NCBI RefSeq assembly: GCF_038025025.1
Contig: NW_027117338.1
Location: 2,046,001 to 2,110,000, forward strand
Direction of reading: 5' to 3'
DNA length: 64,000 bases
From: Phyllosticta citribraziliensis
Lineage: Eukaryota
Shown: in pieces, positions 47,187 to 58,785 of the stretch
How positions within the stretch are numbered: position 1 is the first letter of the stretch
How the letters are laid out: each line of letters begins with the position of its first letter
The notes under the pieces: model-generated
Seen by the model: only the letters and a program-made list of their open reading frames with translations
What the model was told of the DNA's origin: nothing
Databases searched by the model: none
Program-made: the position numbers and the translations under genes

Positions 47187-49876
47187 CTACCCCATCATCA
47201 TGGCCCTCATAACATCAACCTGATCCCTCAGCATCCTCAGCTCCTCTCCCATCACCCTGACATCTCTCCGAAGCGCCGCACAACAAGAGCTGCCGCACTC
47301 GCAGTCCCCTTCCCTGGCGGCTTCGTGCCCCCAAGCCGTCTCATTCGCCATTGCGCCTCCCACGCGCTGCTTAGAGTCCGGCGAACTGCTTCGGCCATGG
47401 TGCGAGCTCGACGGCAACGAGCCTCGGCGGGGAAAGAACTCGTCCATCGACACGGGACCCTTGGGCGAGAGCGCCGCGCCTGGCGGCAGCAACGAAGGCG
47501 CATTGAGGAAGGCATGGGCGCCGCCGGCGGTGTTGGGGGAGCGGTCAGAGGGAACCGGTGGCGGCGGAGAGCGCGGATGGGCGGGAATGTGATGAGGGGC
47601 GCCGTACAACTTTCTTACTGACGAATTGCGATGAGAGCGCATGCGCTGGGAGCGTGAGCGAAGGCGGGGCCGCGACTGCGACGCTTCGTCGTCAGACGTA
47701 AGCCAGATGTCTTCTGATCTCTCGGTTGGACCTTGCGCGTTGGCTAGACTAGATTCCGCGAGGACGGGTTCTTCTCCTGCGCCTTCATTCGTTTCCCCTT
47801 GGCCTTTTTGATTGGGCTTTGGAAGAGACTCGGTACTAGGGGTACTATGGGGGGTCTCTCGCGAATTCATGTACGGTGCCAGAAGGGCAAGGCCGCCCTT
47901 CTGGCTTCCTGAATCTCCCAGGCGCCGGATGTCGGCCAGAATCTTGCTACTAGTGCCGGTGGAAGTCGAGGTGGACTCGAGTGTCGGAGTACTCCGAAAT
48001 GAACCTGGCATGCGCACCTGTGACACTCTTCGGCCTTTCCTAGCTAGAGGATTCTTTTTCGATGGGGTCTTGGCCAATTTGGGCCCGCTCCTTGACGAAG
48101 GGCTTGGAGAAGTCGTTCTTTCAACGTATGACGCCCGTTTACGAGGATCGTCTTGTTCAAGGGCTTTAGAGGAAGCTGCTCCATCGCCACGATCTTCGGC
48201 CTCTGATATTCCCGCAGCGTGTGGAGGCAGATGCGGTGGTTCTCCAAGTGTCAATTCTTCTCGAGACCGCTCAGCTGATACAGATATGCTGCTCTGGCGG
48301 AAAGTTGAGCTGAGAATCCTCGGCCGGTTTCGAGGACGTGGACTTTTGCGCTGGGGAGAGCGTGGTGGTGAGACTGGTTTTACAGGAGAAAATAGGTCCA
48401 TATAGTTTACACCACCAACGGGGGGTAGAGGTAGAGCCCTGCCGACGCCCTCAGCGCTTGGCGTGTAATTGACGGTCCCGGATTCTCCCCCATAGCCATC
48501 ATCAAGTGCTTCAGCGCTGTAGACCGACGAGCTTTGCACTACAGGCTGCTGGTTCTCTTCTGTCAAAGTCTCAGAGCTATTGAACTCCACATTAGCAGCA
48601 TCCGTTTTGTCAGGCCGATCAATGGGTGCCTCTTTGGTAGCAGGTTGTGTCAATGACTCCTTGGATGGCTTCAGTCCAGGTCCCTTCATCCACTGTACAT
48701 CGACAATGCGGCCAGCTTCAGCCTCAATAGTTCTTTCGGTCAGCAGAAGCCCAACCGAGTCGAAAAGAAGGACCTTGCCGTCTTGTCGCCCAATGGCAAT
48801 GGTATTGTTCAAGGCATCGCCAAGTGCATTGGAACGCGCAGCATTCCCCGCTTTCTGTCGTACAGGAGAGCGAGGCCTTGCCGGCACCGACAGGATTGAC
48901 AAACTAGTGGCAGGTCCCTTGACGTGCCAGGTGCGCAGAATGGTTCCTCCACGGTCAAAGTCGACTAATCGGCAGCGCCCATCTGCTCCGACGCTAATGG
49001 CTCTTGATCGATGACCTGGAAGAAAGGCTGCTCCTGTGATCGAGACCGATCTGCCAACGCTGGGGCTCCTGAAGAAGTCGTTTTCCTTGTCCGCTGCAAT
49101 GAGACTGGTGACATTGTGGAGATTCTTGAGGGCGCCAACTTCTCCGCCTGTCCCACCCCGTCCAGCTCTTCCAAGTATGCGGGTTGCGTCGTACGCCGCA
49201 AGAGTTCCATCCTTGAAGGCGAGGAGGAACACATTGGGGCGCTCCGGATGGAAAGATGCTATCTCGACGGCGGCATCAGAAGCCCTTGGATGCAGCGAGA
49301 CTGATGGTGTCCGCAGCGTCAGATTTTGCAGATAGATTGTTGGTGGCTTTTCTGATCCAGAGAGCAATAGATGCGAGGTATGTGAGATGGCCAACACGGT
49401 CGGCGGAGACGGATGGGTGTGCGAGGGCTCGAGTAGGCAAGCCTGACGAAGCGAGTAGGATTGCACAGCGTTTTGAAGGGTGGTGGTGAAGAAAAGGCTT
49501 TTTGAATCGTTCGAGTACTCCAGCAGGCGGATTCTTCCCTTTTTACAATCAGCGCCATTCGTCTGAACCGGAACAAGCCAATCCTTACTTCAGTACCCTT
49601 GAGCCTGTAGCTCCTCTTCATGCCTCGATTCGCATCGTGTAGCACCACAACTTGGTCATCGGCTACCGCTAGAAGTCCACTCCCATCCTTGGCCTCCTTA
49701 GCAGCAAGGATGCCCCCAGATCCCGACCTGAAGGCATTTGTCAGGCCGCGCGCATCCCACGACCAAACGTATCGTTCAGTCGTTACGATTAGATGATGGT
49801 CCTTGGGAAAGGTGAAGGCCGTAGGGGACTCGACAGGTCCAGGCCGAGCGTTTTGTGCGACGCGAGAGGGCGGCAT
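47187..49876 (-). CDS. WD40/beta-propeller protein with a disordered middle and a short C-terminal coiled coil
   Basis: ATG at 49876; intron 49588-49539. WD-like blades (ASFHPERPNVFLLAFKDGTLAAYD, AISVGADGRCRLVDFD, IAIGRQDGKVLLFD). Tail CCAALRRDVRVMGEELRMLRDQVDVMRAMM. Confidence 0.85.
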
Positions 49877-50302
49877 CTGGGGATCAGGGTGCGGGCTCGA
49901 GCATTTGGGCGGTGGTGAAGAAGAGAGTGTTGATAAACATCGAGTTGGCGTGGTGAGATGCAGGCGGTGAGCGGGGTCCTCGGTCCTCACTGATTGGCCA
50001 GGCTCGTCTCCATCATGTATTCCACCACGGTGCTCAACTTCCATGCCGTGGGTCAAGCCTTTCAGGATATCTAGAAATCACTGTAGCTCCCCAGGTTCAA
50101 CCAAAGATTTCATCATGCCAATACACCAGAAATCAGCTGTCGTCTGTTTATCACCAATGTCTTGGCATCTCGAATGTCGGGGAAGGCCCTACCATCGTCA
50201 CCGCAGCTGCTCCCGACCAAACATCGTCCATTTCACTTTTTCAATAGAGCGCGTAGCCTGCCTCTCGCTCGACATGTCAGATCTCACAACGCGACCAGCC
50301 TG

Positions 50303-52515
50303 ATGTCGCCCTCATACTTTTACCACCTGGCTTTTGAACTGTACTCTCATCCGCTTACGCCCAACGAGGACGTCCTGTCGTACCCGGCCAAAGGCGAGGT
50401 ATACCTGCCGCCGCCAGAGACCAACATCTTCTCGTCATCGCTACCCGAACATCAGAAGCCTTCGTGGGCTTCTCCACCGCGCAAGCGCAAGAACACGCGC
50501 CGCAGCAGAACCGCCGCCAACAGCGTCGATCTCACCAACCTCACCCACCCGAGCACCGCGCGCCCCTCATACAGCGAGCGCCGTAAAAGCCACCTAGACA
50601 CCAAACCGTCGAACCACGATAGTACGTCGAAGAAACACTCCGAGGCCCCGCTGGCTGCCAAGGACTGGCGCTTTGACAGCGTATCGATCCAGAGCATAGA
50701 CATGGTACCGGTGGCTGGCGGAACCGCCGCTGCAGCAGCAGAAGGCAACGCGCAAGCGTTGACGTCTTCGCCTGTTGGGATCGGACTCGCGACCAAGGGC
50801 GTCTTTGTGCCAGGAGAGGTCAAAAATACCGAGGTGGGCTGGGGTGTGGTGCATCTGTACCGCGACTCGCAAGAGACGCCAGGGCTCTATTATGACACTT
50901 CGTCCAGTACTGGGTCGGAAGGCGGCCAAGTGGAAGAGGCAGACAAACAAGAATTCAAAGAAGAGGACTGCACGACTCTTTGCATATTGGCAGTGCCGTC
51001 ATACATGACGCCATCTGACTTGCTGGGCTTTGTGGGCGAACAGACGAGAGAAGATGTCAGTCACTTTCGACAGATTCGGACGGCGAGGGCCAACAAGTAC
51101 ATGGTGCTCATGAAATTCCGAGAAGCCAGGAAGGCGAGGCAGTGGCGCAAGGACTGGAATGGCAAACTGTTCAACAGCATGGAGGTACAACTCCGGAAGG
51201 TCTCGTTGGTAATGTCCAAGCTAATCAAGCTACGCAGCCTGAGAATTGCCACGTCGTTTTCGTCAAGTCGATACAATTCCAAACCCCGGGTGAGAAGCAA
51301 GACCCCTCCAGCTTTCCGTCCATGACAAACGACCCATTTACTCCTACCGCGAGACCGACTCCAACTGCTCCGATTCCTGGGGCTTCAGAGTCTAGTGCGT
51401 TGGCAACTTCTCTGAGCACAAAGCCGCTTCCACCCCCCACGTCTTCCCTTGTCGAGCTGCCTACATGCCCGGTCTGCCTGGAGCGGATGGACGAGACTAC
51501 CGGATTGCTGACGATTCTTTGCCAACACGTCTTCCATTGTGCCTGTCTTGAAAAGTGGCGGGGCAGCGGCTGTCCTGTTTGTCGGTACACTCAAAATGAC
51601 TCGCTGGTCTCGCGGGGCAACACGGCAGATGGCGAAGCACCAGAGAACGAATGCAGTGTTTGCGGGACAAACGCGAATCTCTGGATATGCCTCATTTGTG
51701 GCAACATTGGCTGTGGTCGCTACGACTCGGCGCATGCTTTTCAACATTACGAAGCTACGAGCCATAGCTATGCCATGGACATCACCACTCAACACGTCTG
51801 GGACTATACTGGCGATGGATATGTACATCGACTTGTCCAGAACAAAGCCGATGGAAAGCTCGTCGATTTGCCAGCAGCCCATCACCCAAATTCAAGCATG
51901 ACTGGTTTCGCCGAAGACTACGTACCACGCGAGAAGTTGGACAACATGGGCGTTGAATACACATATCTCTTGACCAGTCAACTCGACAGCCAACGTCTCT
52001 ACTTTGAGGAACAGCTCGACCGTGCGGTTGACAAAGCCTCCAAAGCCACGCAAGCTGCGGAGGAGGCGGCTGCCACTGCCTCTGCAATGATGCGTGAGGT
52101 GCGAGAACTTCGGGAGCAGCACACCAGTGCGAAAGCCACCATATCTTCACTAGAAAAGGATGTTGCACGACTGACGACCAAGGCCGACAAGGCAGACAAT
52201 CTTGCGAGGTCGATGACCAAGCAGTACCAGGAGGAAAAGACCTTCAGCGGATCGCTCATGAAGCGTATCAAGCACCTCGACACCAGGATGGCAGAGGTGG
52301 AAGACAAGAACAGGATGCTCGAAGCCGAGAAGCAGGAGCTCATGGAACAGAATCGGGACCTTTCATTCTTCATCAGCGGCCAGGAGAAGTTGAAGCAGTT
52401 GGAGCAAGAGGATGGAGAAGGTGGGCTGGGCGATGAAGTCAGAGAAGGCACCGTCGAGGTTGGACCAACGCCTCCTGAAAAGAGCAAGAAGAGGAAGGGA
52501 AAGGGCAAGAAATGA
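50303..52515 (+). CDS. ETP1: BRAP2/Etp1 ubiquitin ligase (BRAP2 RRM-like, RING-H2, ZnF-UBP, coiled coil)
   Basis: LCILAVPSYMTPSDLLGFVG, WNGKLFNSMEPENCHVVFV, ELPTCPVCLERMD...CQHVFHCACL...CPVCRY, and LWICLICGNIGCGRYDSAHA...HVWDYTGDGYVHRL. Intron 51185-51237. Confidence 0.95.
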
Positions 52516-52941
52516 GATTATGTCTATCGGTTTGGGGCGCTATATACCCATTGGTGCATTCTTTGGCAAAGAGTTTTGGAGCACGCGATATTGCTGCGCC
52601 GATGATGGCAATGTGCTTGACATATACCAAACTGCCTAGACTTTGGCTGCCGTCCTCCCCAATGGGATGGGGCAGATTGGTCTCGATATGCATTACTTAG
52701 AGCAGACAGAAAAGGGAGTAAGGAAACGGAAAAGGAAAATCTTAGGACTTCCCGCCTCGATGCAAACGATCCAGAGTTATCGTCTTGTTGCAGCCGCACC
52801 GTCAAAATCGCAAGCGCGCAAGTGCCTGATATCCCGGACAAGGGCGAGGTTGGAAGACGGGCATTTCCCGAGTGCTCCTCCTTGTCAAATGGTCGACCGG
52901 TGGTCCCGATTGCCCGTGGCCTTCGACTCCTTATTCAGCCT

Positions 52942-53907
52942 TCAAAACGGCATGCCGCTCTGGGCGACCAAGAGCCAGTCCCTTTCAACCTGGTCGGGGG
53001 ACACTGCACCTGTCTCGACGTCCACCCGATGTTCCAGGTGCGTCAGCCTCCTCATCGCGTCCTCGAGCTGCTTGACCCTGTCCGCCTCCTGAAATTGCTT
53101 CAGTCTCCTCTCCTCCGCAACACTCTCCGCCCTGGCCCGCTCGATCTGTCGTTCATGGTTCATTTGTTTGATCTCCTCCTGCAACGAATCAATGGCCTCT
53201 TGCAGCTCCAGCGTCCTCGCGAGCCAAGGACGCTCGTCCATCCGCGCAAGTTTGCCGCTCATTTCCTGCGTATCCTGGACCTGCCGACGCAACTGCTGCT
53301 GAAACTGTCTCAGCAGCTGCTTCAATCCTAACGGCCAGTGCGCTTCTTCTTTCTCTTCTTGCTGCTGCTGCTGCTTCTCCCTGGCTGTCGTGGCGCAGGA
53401 GCAAGTGCAGTCCTTGTGGTGCTGGGGCCGGACGGCGCCGAGTTTGTCGTCGAGCCTGCTGACCAGCGCCTCAATCTGCTGGCAAGCAAAGGCGCAGTGC
53501 TGCGCCAACCGATCGATGTTTACGGGACCCTTGTTTCCCTGGGACTCGCGGGACTCGCCCGAACCCCTGCCGTCGTTGACGGACATTGAGGCGGACCCGA
53601 CGGCATTGGATGCCGGACGGGGAACCGCGGGCACGATTCTGTGCGTGCGGTTGTCTGAAACGGGCGTGGTGGTAGTGGTGGGCATGTTGTTTTTGCCGTT
53701 CAACGCTCCAGAGTAGCTGTTGGCATTATACGCCGGACGGGGGGCCGCGAGGGGATCCACTGGCCAGAGTTGCTCGGTGTGTCTGCGCGTGCCGATGTAT
53801 GGGACAGCGACGTCGTAGCTTGCGGGCGCGAAGTTGGGCGTGTAACGGGGGCCACCGTCAGGAAGTCCGGATGTGAGCCACGGCATTTTTTGATTTTCGT
53901 TCGTCAT
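52942..53907 (-). CDS. Hypothetical coiled-coil protein
   Basis: About 320 codons with heptad-rich, Q/E/R-rich C-terminal half. The 5' end is uncertain; an upstream ATG at 54097 is in a different frame. Confidence 0.6.
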   Translation of the reverse strand: MTNENQKMPWLTSGLPDGGPRYTPNFAPASYDVAVPYIGTRRHTEQLWPVDPLAAPRPAYNANSYSGALNGKNNMPTTTTTPVSDNRTHRIVPAVPRPASNAVGSASMSVNDGRGSGESRESQGNKGPVNIDRLAQHCAFACQQIEALVSRLDDKLGAVRPQHHKDCTCSCATTAREKQQQQQEEKEEAHWPLGLKQLLRQFQQQLRRQVQDTQEMSGKLARMDERPWLARTLELQEAIDSLQEEIKQMNHERQIERARAESVAEERRLKQFQEADRVKQLEDAMRRLTHLEHRVDVETGAVSPDQVERDWLLVAQSGMPF

Positions 53908-55500
53908 TTTCACTTCTCCTCAAAGCGTGGCGACTTCGAAATCCAGTGGTCGGGTGAGCGGAAACCGAGTTGGTGGCGGGTGGGGGTGACGTGGTATTCG
54001 AGGATTCGAGGTCGATGAGTAAACGAACGAGGGGATCAGAAGTACTCCGTAGGAGCTGTGGACTTATATATCCCTCGACTTCACAGTCCTCATCCATTGT
54101 TGAGGCCAGCTGGCGGGGAGCAGCACTCCTCGACCCAAACAGTTGAAGTGTCAACCACGGTACTTCTTTGATTCTCTCCCTCTCCCTCGACAGATACGCA
54201 AATGAAATGCGAGTTCCATCATTTCTGCATCTAGGTTCCATGGATGGCAAATGGTCGAGGAGGGGTTGCGAGCTGAAGAGGAAGAGGGGGATCTATGGCA
54301 AACATGCGTAGCCTGCCAAAGGCATGACCGACTGTTCGACCGCTTGCCGGCTCCAGGCCCTGAGAATACTGACCACTTCCTCAAATATGGGAAAACAAGT
54401 AGCTCCCGATTGGCATGGGCAATACTGGAGTGATAGTAACATCAAGAAAGTCAGGAACTGAATGAACGGGAATATAGAAATACAATGATCAGATTAGAAA
54501 AGTTGGATAGGCTACTACAAGACGACGTGAGACGAGAGCAAATAGGGAGACAGTTCATGAAAGAGGGACCTGCGGGCAAGGGGTAGAAACGGTTTAAAAG
54601 AGGATCTAAGGATTGTGTGGACATGCTGTGTTTACTTTGCAGTTCTTGTCAAAGTAGAGGGATAGGTGTGCGCCTGAGGAAGAGGTGACGGATGGCACCC
54701 ACGACCAAAGGCTACCTAGACCAATCACTGTACATCGCCTCAACCACAAGCACAGATTATGAATGTCTCCCTGTAGAGACCCGCGGCAGTAATTTTCCCT
54801 AGCGGCTTCTTCGGCATCCCCCCATCTCAGCACATACTCTTCAAAGATCCAGGCCCCGTCCCATCATCATCAGCCCATAAGGTGCCTTTCGTGACACCTC
54901 AGACCATTCTCACAGACCGACAGTCTTTTAGATCCAGCGGCATCGTGGCGGCAACATCGGCATCTCCGTCGGCATGCACGCACATACCCTCTATTTTCCC
55001 ACCCCTGCTGGAAATCTTTTCAGATTGTAGGATGGCTGCCAGCATCTTTGCGTTGTCGGTCGCGTCAACAATCATCGCGTAGCGGTAAATTTACGCTGAT
55101 GCAGTCGAAGTACGACAAACTTGCTCGGAAATCGTACCTGCAGTTTCGGAATGATCGTCATGTCTGGATTAAGAGCTATGGATGCATGCATGCCAAAAAA
55201 AAAGTAGGCAGAAGAGTATTAAATACAGATAAATCGAAAGGAGCCGTTTGTTGTTGCATGGTCATTGCCGATGCTGGCGCTAGTCGTCCTTGCCAAATGT
55301 CTACCCTTAGTCCAACGCCACACCCAAATGCAGTCCTTCCTTCCTCTCTTGGCGGACCCGTCGCGGGACAGGCGTCCTCTAGCGTCTCCTCAAGCCAGTG
55401 AGTGGATGGTGGCTTTTTTTGCACGGCAATCTGACATGCCTTGACCCTGCTATGTACGCGAGTCCTGCGTAATTACTATGCCGCTATGAGAGCGATCGCC

Positions 55501-56518
55501 TTATGCAGCCTTCTTAGCCTTGGCCAGCTTCCTCTCGCGCCTCTTCTTGGCGGCCTCGGGGCCGGCTTCGGTGTCCAGGACGTAGTCCCACCAGCGGAAG
55601 CTGCTGGCGTAGTTGCCGATAAAGCGTTCGTGGTGGACGTCGTGATGCTCGGCGCCGGCCCAGAAGGGCAGGAAGTGGTGCAGACTCCAGGGGAACTCGT
55701 AGCCACTGTGTGCGTCGATGGCCTGGAACAGGCGGAAAATGATCCACACGTACATGGTCAGGATGTGCAGGTCCTTGGTGATGGCGCAGTACAGGATGGG
55801 TGAGCCAACGGTTCCCAGACCCAAGATCATAACCTCAATGGGTGACGCATACTCGGCGGCCATGCCAAAGGGTGCCGAATAGTAGTGGTGAATCTTGTGG
55901 ATGTTCTTGTAGAGATAAGGGAAGACGTGCATGGCGCGGTGGGTCCAGTAGTGCCAGGAATCTTCGAGGACGAAAAAGATGGCAATTTGGTAGGCCATCT
56001 TCAGCAGCGAAGGAAACGGCACACCGGTCTCGAGGCCAAAGAACTGAGCCATGGGGTGGAAGAGCCAAATTTGCGGGAGCTCGACGGTAAAGTGGCTGAG
56101 GAGAACGTAGAGGGCGCACGACCATTGTTCCTTGACGGTTGGGATTTTATGCTGGGTCGGTTAGCGCGAGCGGGCGAATTCATGGGCGGGTGGTGGTACG
56201 TTTTGAATCTTGTACTTGTTGAAGTATGGAATAAAGTCGATGATGATCCAGGGCAGGGAGCGGCCAAAGTAGACGACCTCGTGCATGACAAAGGACATGA
56301 TGCCGGTCGCGAGAATGTCGTTGTTTATCCAGATGTAGTAGGCGAGCCACATGCGCTCAAAGTAGTTGAGCGAGACATTGTACTTTGAGACTTCGTCAAA
56401 GTTGGCCCAGTAGCCGCCATCGGTAGGCAGGAGAGGTGCCTGGTAGGCGACTGTCGCGTTCCTGGGATGAAAGTTAGCGCGAGAAGGGCGAGCAGCAGCG
56501 ACAGAGGGAGACTTGCAT
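55501..56518 (-). CDS. ERG25: C-4 methylsterol oxidase
   Basis: [25 protein letters not shown]; His boxes HYWTH, HKIHH and [22 protein letters not shown] and [16 protein letters not shown]. Introns 56516-56462 (GC-AG, splits the ATG) and 56199-56152. Confidence 0.96.
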
Positions 56519-57503
56519 GGCGTGGACGCGCGTGGGAGCAGGTGGAGAGGGAGAGGGTTGGAGTGGGCGAAAACGGCGAGCGGTAGGTCTTGGGAGGCCG
56601 GGGGTTTTGAGGACGTCCGGGACGTGCCTGAGGTGAGGGCCTCAGCTCACGCAACCCGGCACTCGACTTCCCGCCGCTCAGGGACTACCGTACGTCGTAC
56701 GTTGGCGCCGCCTGCCCTAGACCGCTTTGGGCCCGCCCTTCACATCAATCTCTCCCACGTCGCCATATTGTGGCGCGACGGGACACCTCCTCAGCTCATG
56801 ATGGTCCAATTCTGTCCATTCGGAGACTCTCTACCCGCCAGACTGTCCGCCGTGGCTCTGCGCCACACCAACGGCCATCATCATGACCACCACCACCACC
56901 AAGACCAGGCCCGCGACGACGTCGTTTCTCACCGCTCAGGCCCTCCACTGCTTCTCGAAGACGCACATGCTTCCGTTGGCCAGCGCACTGGACGACGGCG
57001 ACGTGTGTTACCCACTCTTGCTCTCGACTACTGGACCACCCCCGATGTTTCTTTGCCACGGCCGGCGCCCACCACACAGCCCTGTCCGAACTTAATCTGC
57101 AGCCCCGCCGTCTTGCCCTCCCCATTGGCTTGAATACGTCAAGATCTCTTGGCCCCAGCAATGCCCGACTGTTCCTGACTGCCTCGCCACTGGACAAGAC
57201 TCCGAATACGCTCGCCGTGTCTGCCAGCGTGCCTGTCCTGCCCAAGGGATGCCCACTCACCACTATTGCTGTTTGCAGTCGACCACCATTTAAGCATACG
57301 GACCCTGCTAGATTGCCGTCTATTAAGCTTTCGCTTGTTTCTTTCGTTAAAGGTGAGGCTGCATCGAAACTGTCCAATGAAACATCGGCTTGAGCAATAC
57401 TCCTAAACTGTATAGTGGCAGCCAGAAACCTTGCTGTAGTCTAGTCTTCAATCTCCGGCCCATCTCCGCAACATAGCAGAGTATGACAGGACACGTCCAT
57501 CGC

Positions 57504-58115
57504 CTACAGGTCCATTTTCGTAGCATGCTTGACCTCGAGTCTCTCAACAAAGTCCTTGATCCTAGCATACTCTTTGAATGCTGGAGTTTCAGCAAACTCT
57601 GAGTGTTTGGCAGCATCAGGCCAGCCCGCAAACAGCACCCACTCCTCCTGATCCTCTGCTTCCTTTTCCACCCTCCACCCCCCAGCCACGCCTCGAGGTG
57701 CTGTGTAATTGGCAACATGATGCTTGACCGATCGGAACGTCTCTTCAAATCCGACGTGTGCTCCAGGCTTGATAAAGTGTCTGCCTATGGCCATGACGGG
57801 CGCATCGAGGGGTAGCTGGTCCTGTGCGACCTGGACGTGGAACATCCAGTCAACGATGACGAGACCACTGAGCAGCTCGAGGAGCTCCTGGTTTGCAGCC
57901 GAGGGAAGCCATTCTTGACGATGCCGTTGCACCGAAGTCCAAGAGCCGACAATGTAGAATATGGACGGGTCCTCGATTTGCGTGTACCAGTAAAAGGGAT
58001 GCCCGTCAAACGATTCCATGGCCTTCGTGGCCTTGACCAGCTTGGACTTGAGGGACGGATCCCCCAAGGAGGCTCCGGGTTCGAGGCGGAGCTGGGCCAG
58101 TTCTGTCACGGCCAT
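57504..58115 (-). CDS. Dimeric alpha-beta barrel (ABM, antibiotic biosynthesis monooxygenase-like) protein with two tandem domains
   Basis: 203-aa intronless ORF: MAVTELAQLRL...QIEDPSIFYIVGSWTSVQRH and GGWRVE...EWVLFAGWPDAAKHSEFAETPAFKEY (repeated GxW...H pattern). Confidence 0.75.
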   Translation of the reverse strand: MAVTELAQLRLEPGASLGDPSLKSKLVKATKAMESFDGHPFYWYTQIEDPSIFYIVGSWTSVQRHRQEWLPSAANQELLELLSGLVIVDWMFHVQVAQDQLPLDAPVMAIGRHFIKPGAHVGFEETFRSVKHHVANYTAPRGVAGGWRVEKEAEDQEEWVLFAGWPDAAKHSEFAETPAFKEYARIKDFVERLEVKHATKMDL

Positions 58116-58785
58116 GGTGCTCAGTGTTGTCGAGTGGAGGGGCTGCGTGTGCCATCAGAGGCACAGCTCGTATATGTATGGCTGCAGTGGGGCTCGGAAC
58201 ATTGCGGGCGCGGCGCGTCAGGTCAGATCAGAGCGACCGGGCATGTCTCAGCATCTTGTCGGTGGCTTTGTGGCAGGCGGATGTGGTGGGTGGTTTGGAG
58301 ACGTGAGGCATCGATTGGCCGCTCCTCCACTGCCTGCACTGGCCGTGGCAGCTCTTGGCTTGGCGCCTCTTCCTAGTGCCATCAACCACGGCGGCATCCC
58401 GCTGTTTCGACGCACCACTCCTTCGCTCCATATCCGCTCTGCGCTCTGCCCGTTGCCCGATTGTTGACTTCTCGCTGTCGAGGCGGCTGCCCAACTGCCT
58501 TGCTTCGTCGCCGAAGCTCGCGTTGAAGCGCGTCACACGCCGCATCCGAGCGCCTCGTCTTGCTTGCACCGGACATTTACCAACTCCATCCCCCCACAAT
58601 CTCTGTGCGGCTCTGGCGCGTCGCAACACTGCTCCCCGACCCTCTGCACCACAGCGCCCGGCCTCGCCTCCATCAAAAACACCCTCGAGCGCCTCTCTCC
58701 TCGCTGCCCGACTCTGTCCACGGCCACCGCTCTTTGGCCCAAGCCCCACCCGCCACTTCTTCAACCTTGTTGAGATTCGTCGAAC

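Noticed and set aside
54899..55090. Short minus-strand frame YRYAMIVDATDNAKMLAAILQSEK...
   Set aside because: About 60 codons with no identifiable family or splice partners. It may be a relic but is unsupported.
55703..55710. CCACTGTG matching the MITE terminus
   Set aside because: It lies within ERG25 codons (AHSG) and the match does not extend, so it is chance.
56689..56701. Near-palindrome CGTACG-T-CGTACG upstream of ERG25 as a sterol response element
   Set aside because: It does not match a consensus I can assign with confidence, and conservation data would be needed.
37086..58115. Secondary-metabolite cluster (P450, ABM-fold protein, sterol oxidase)
   Set aside because: No PKS, NRPS or terpene synthase backbone is present, and the genes are separated by housekeeping genes.
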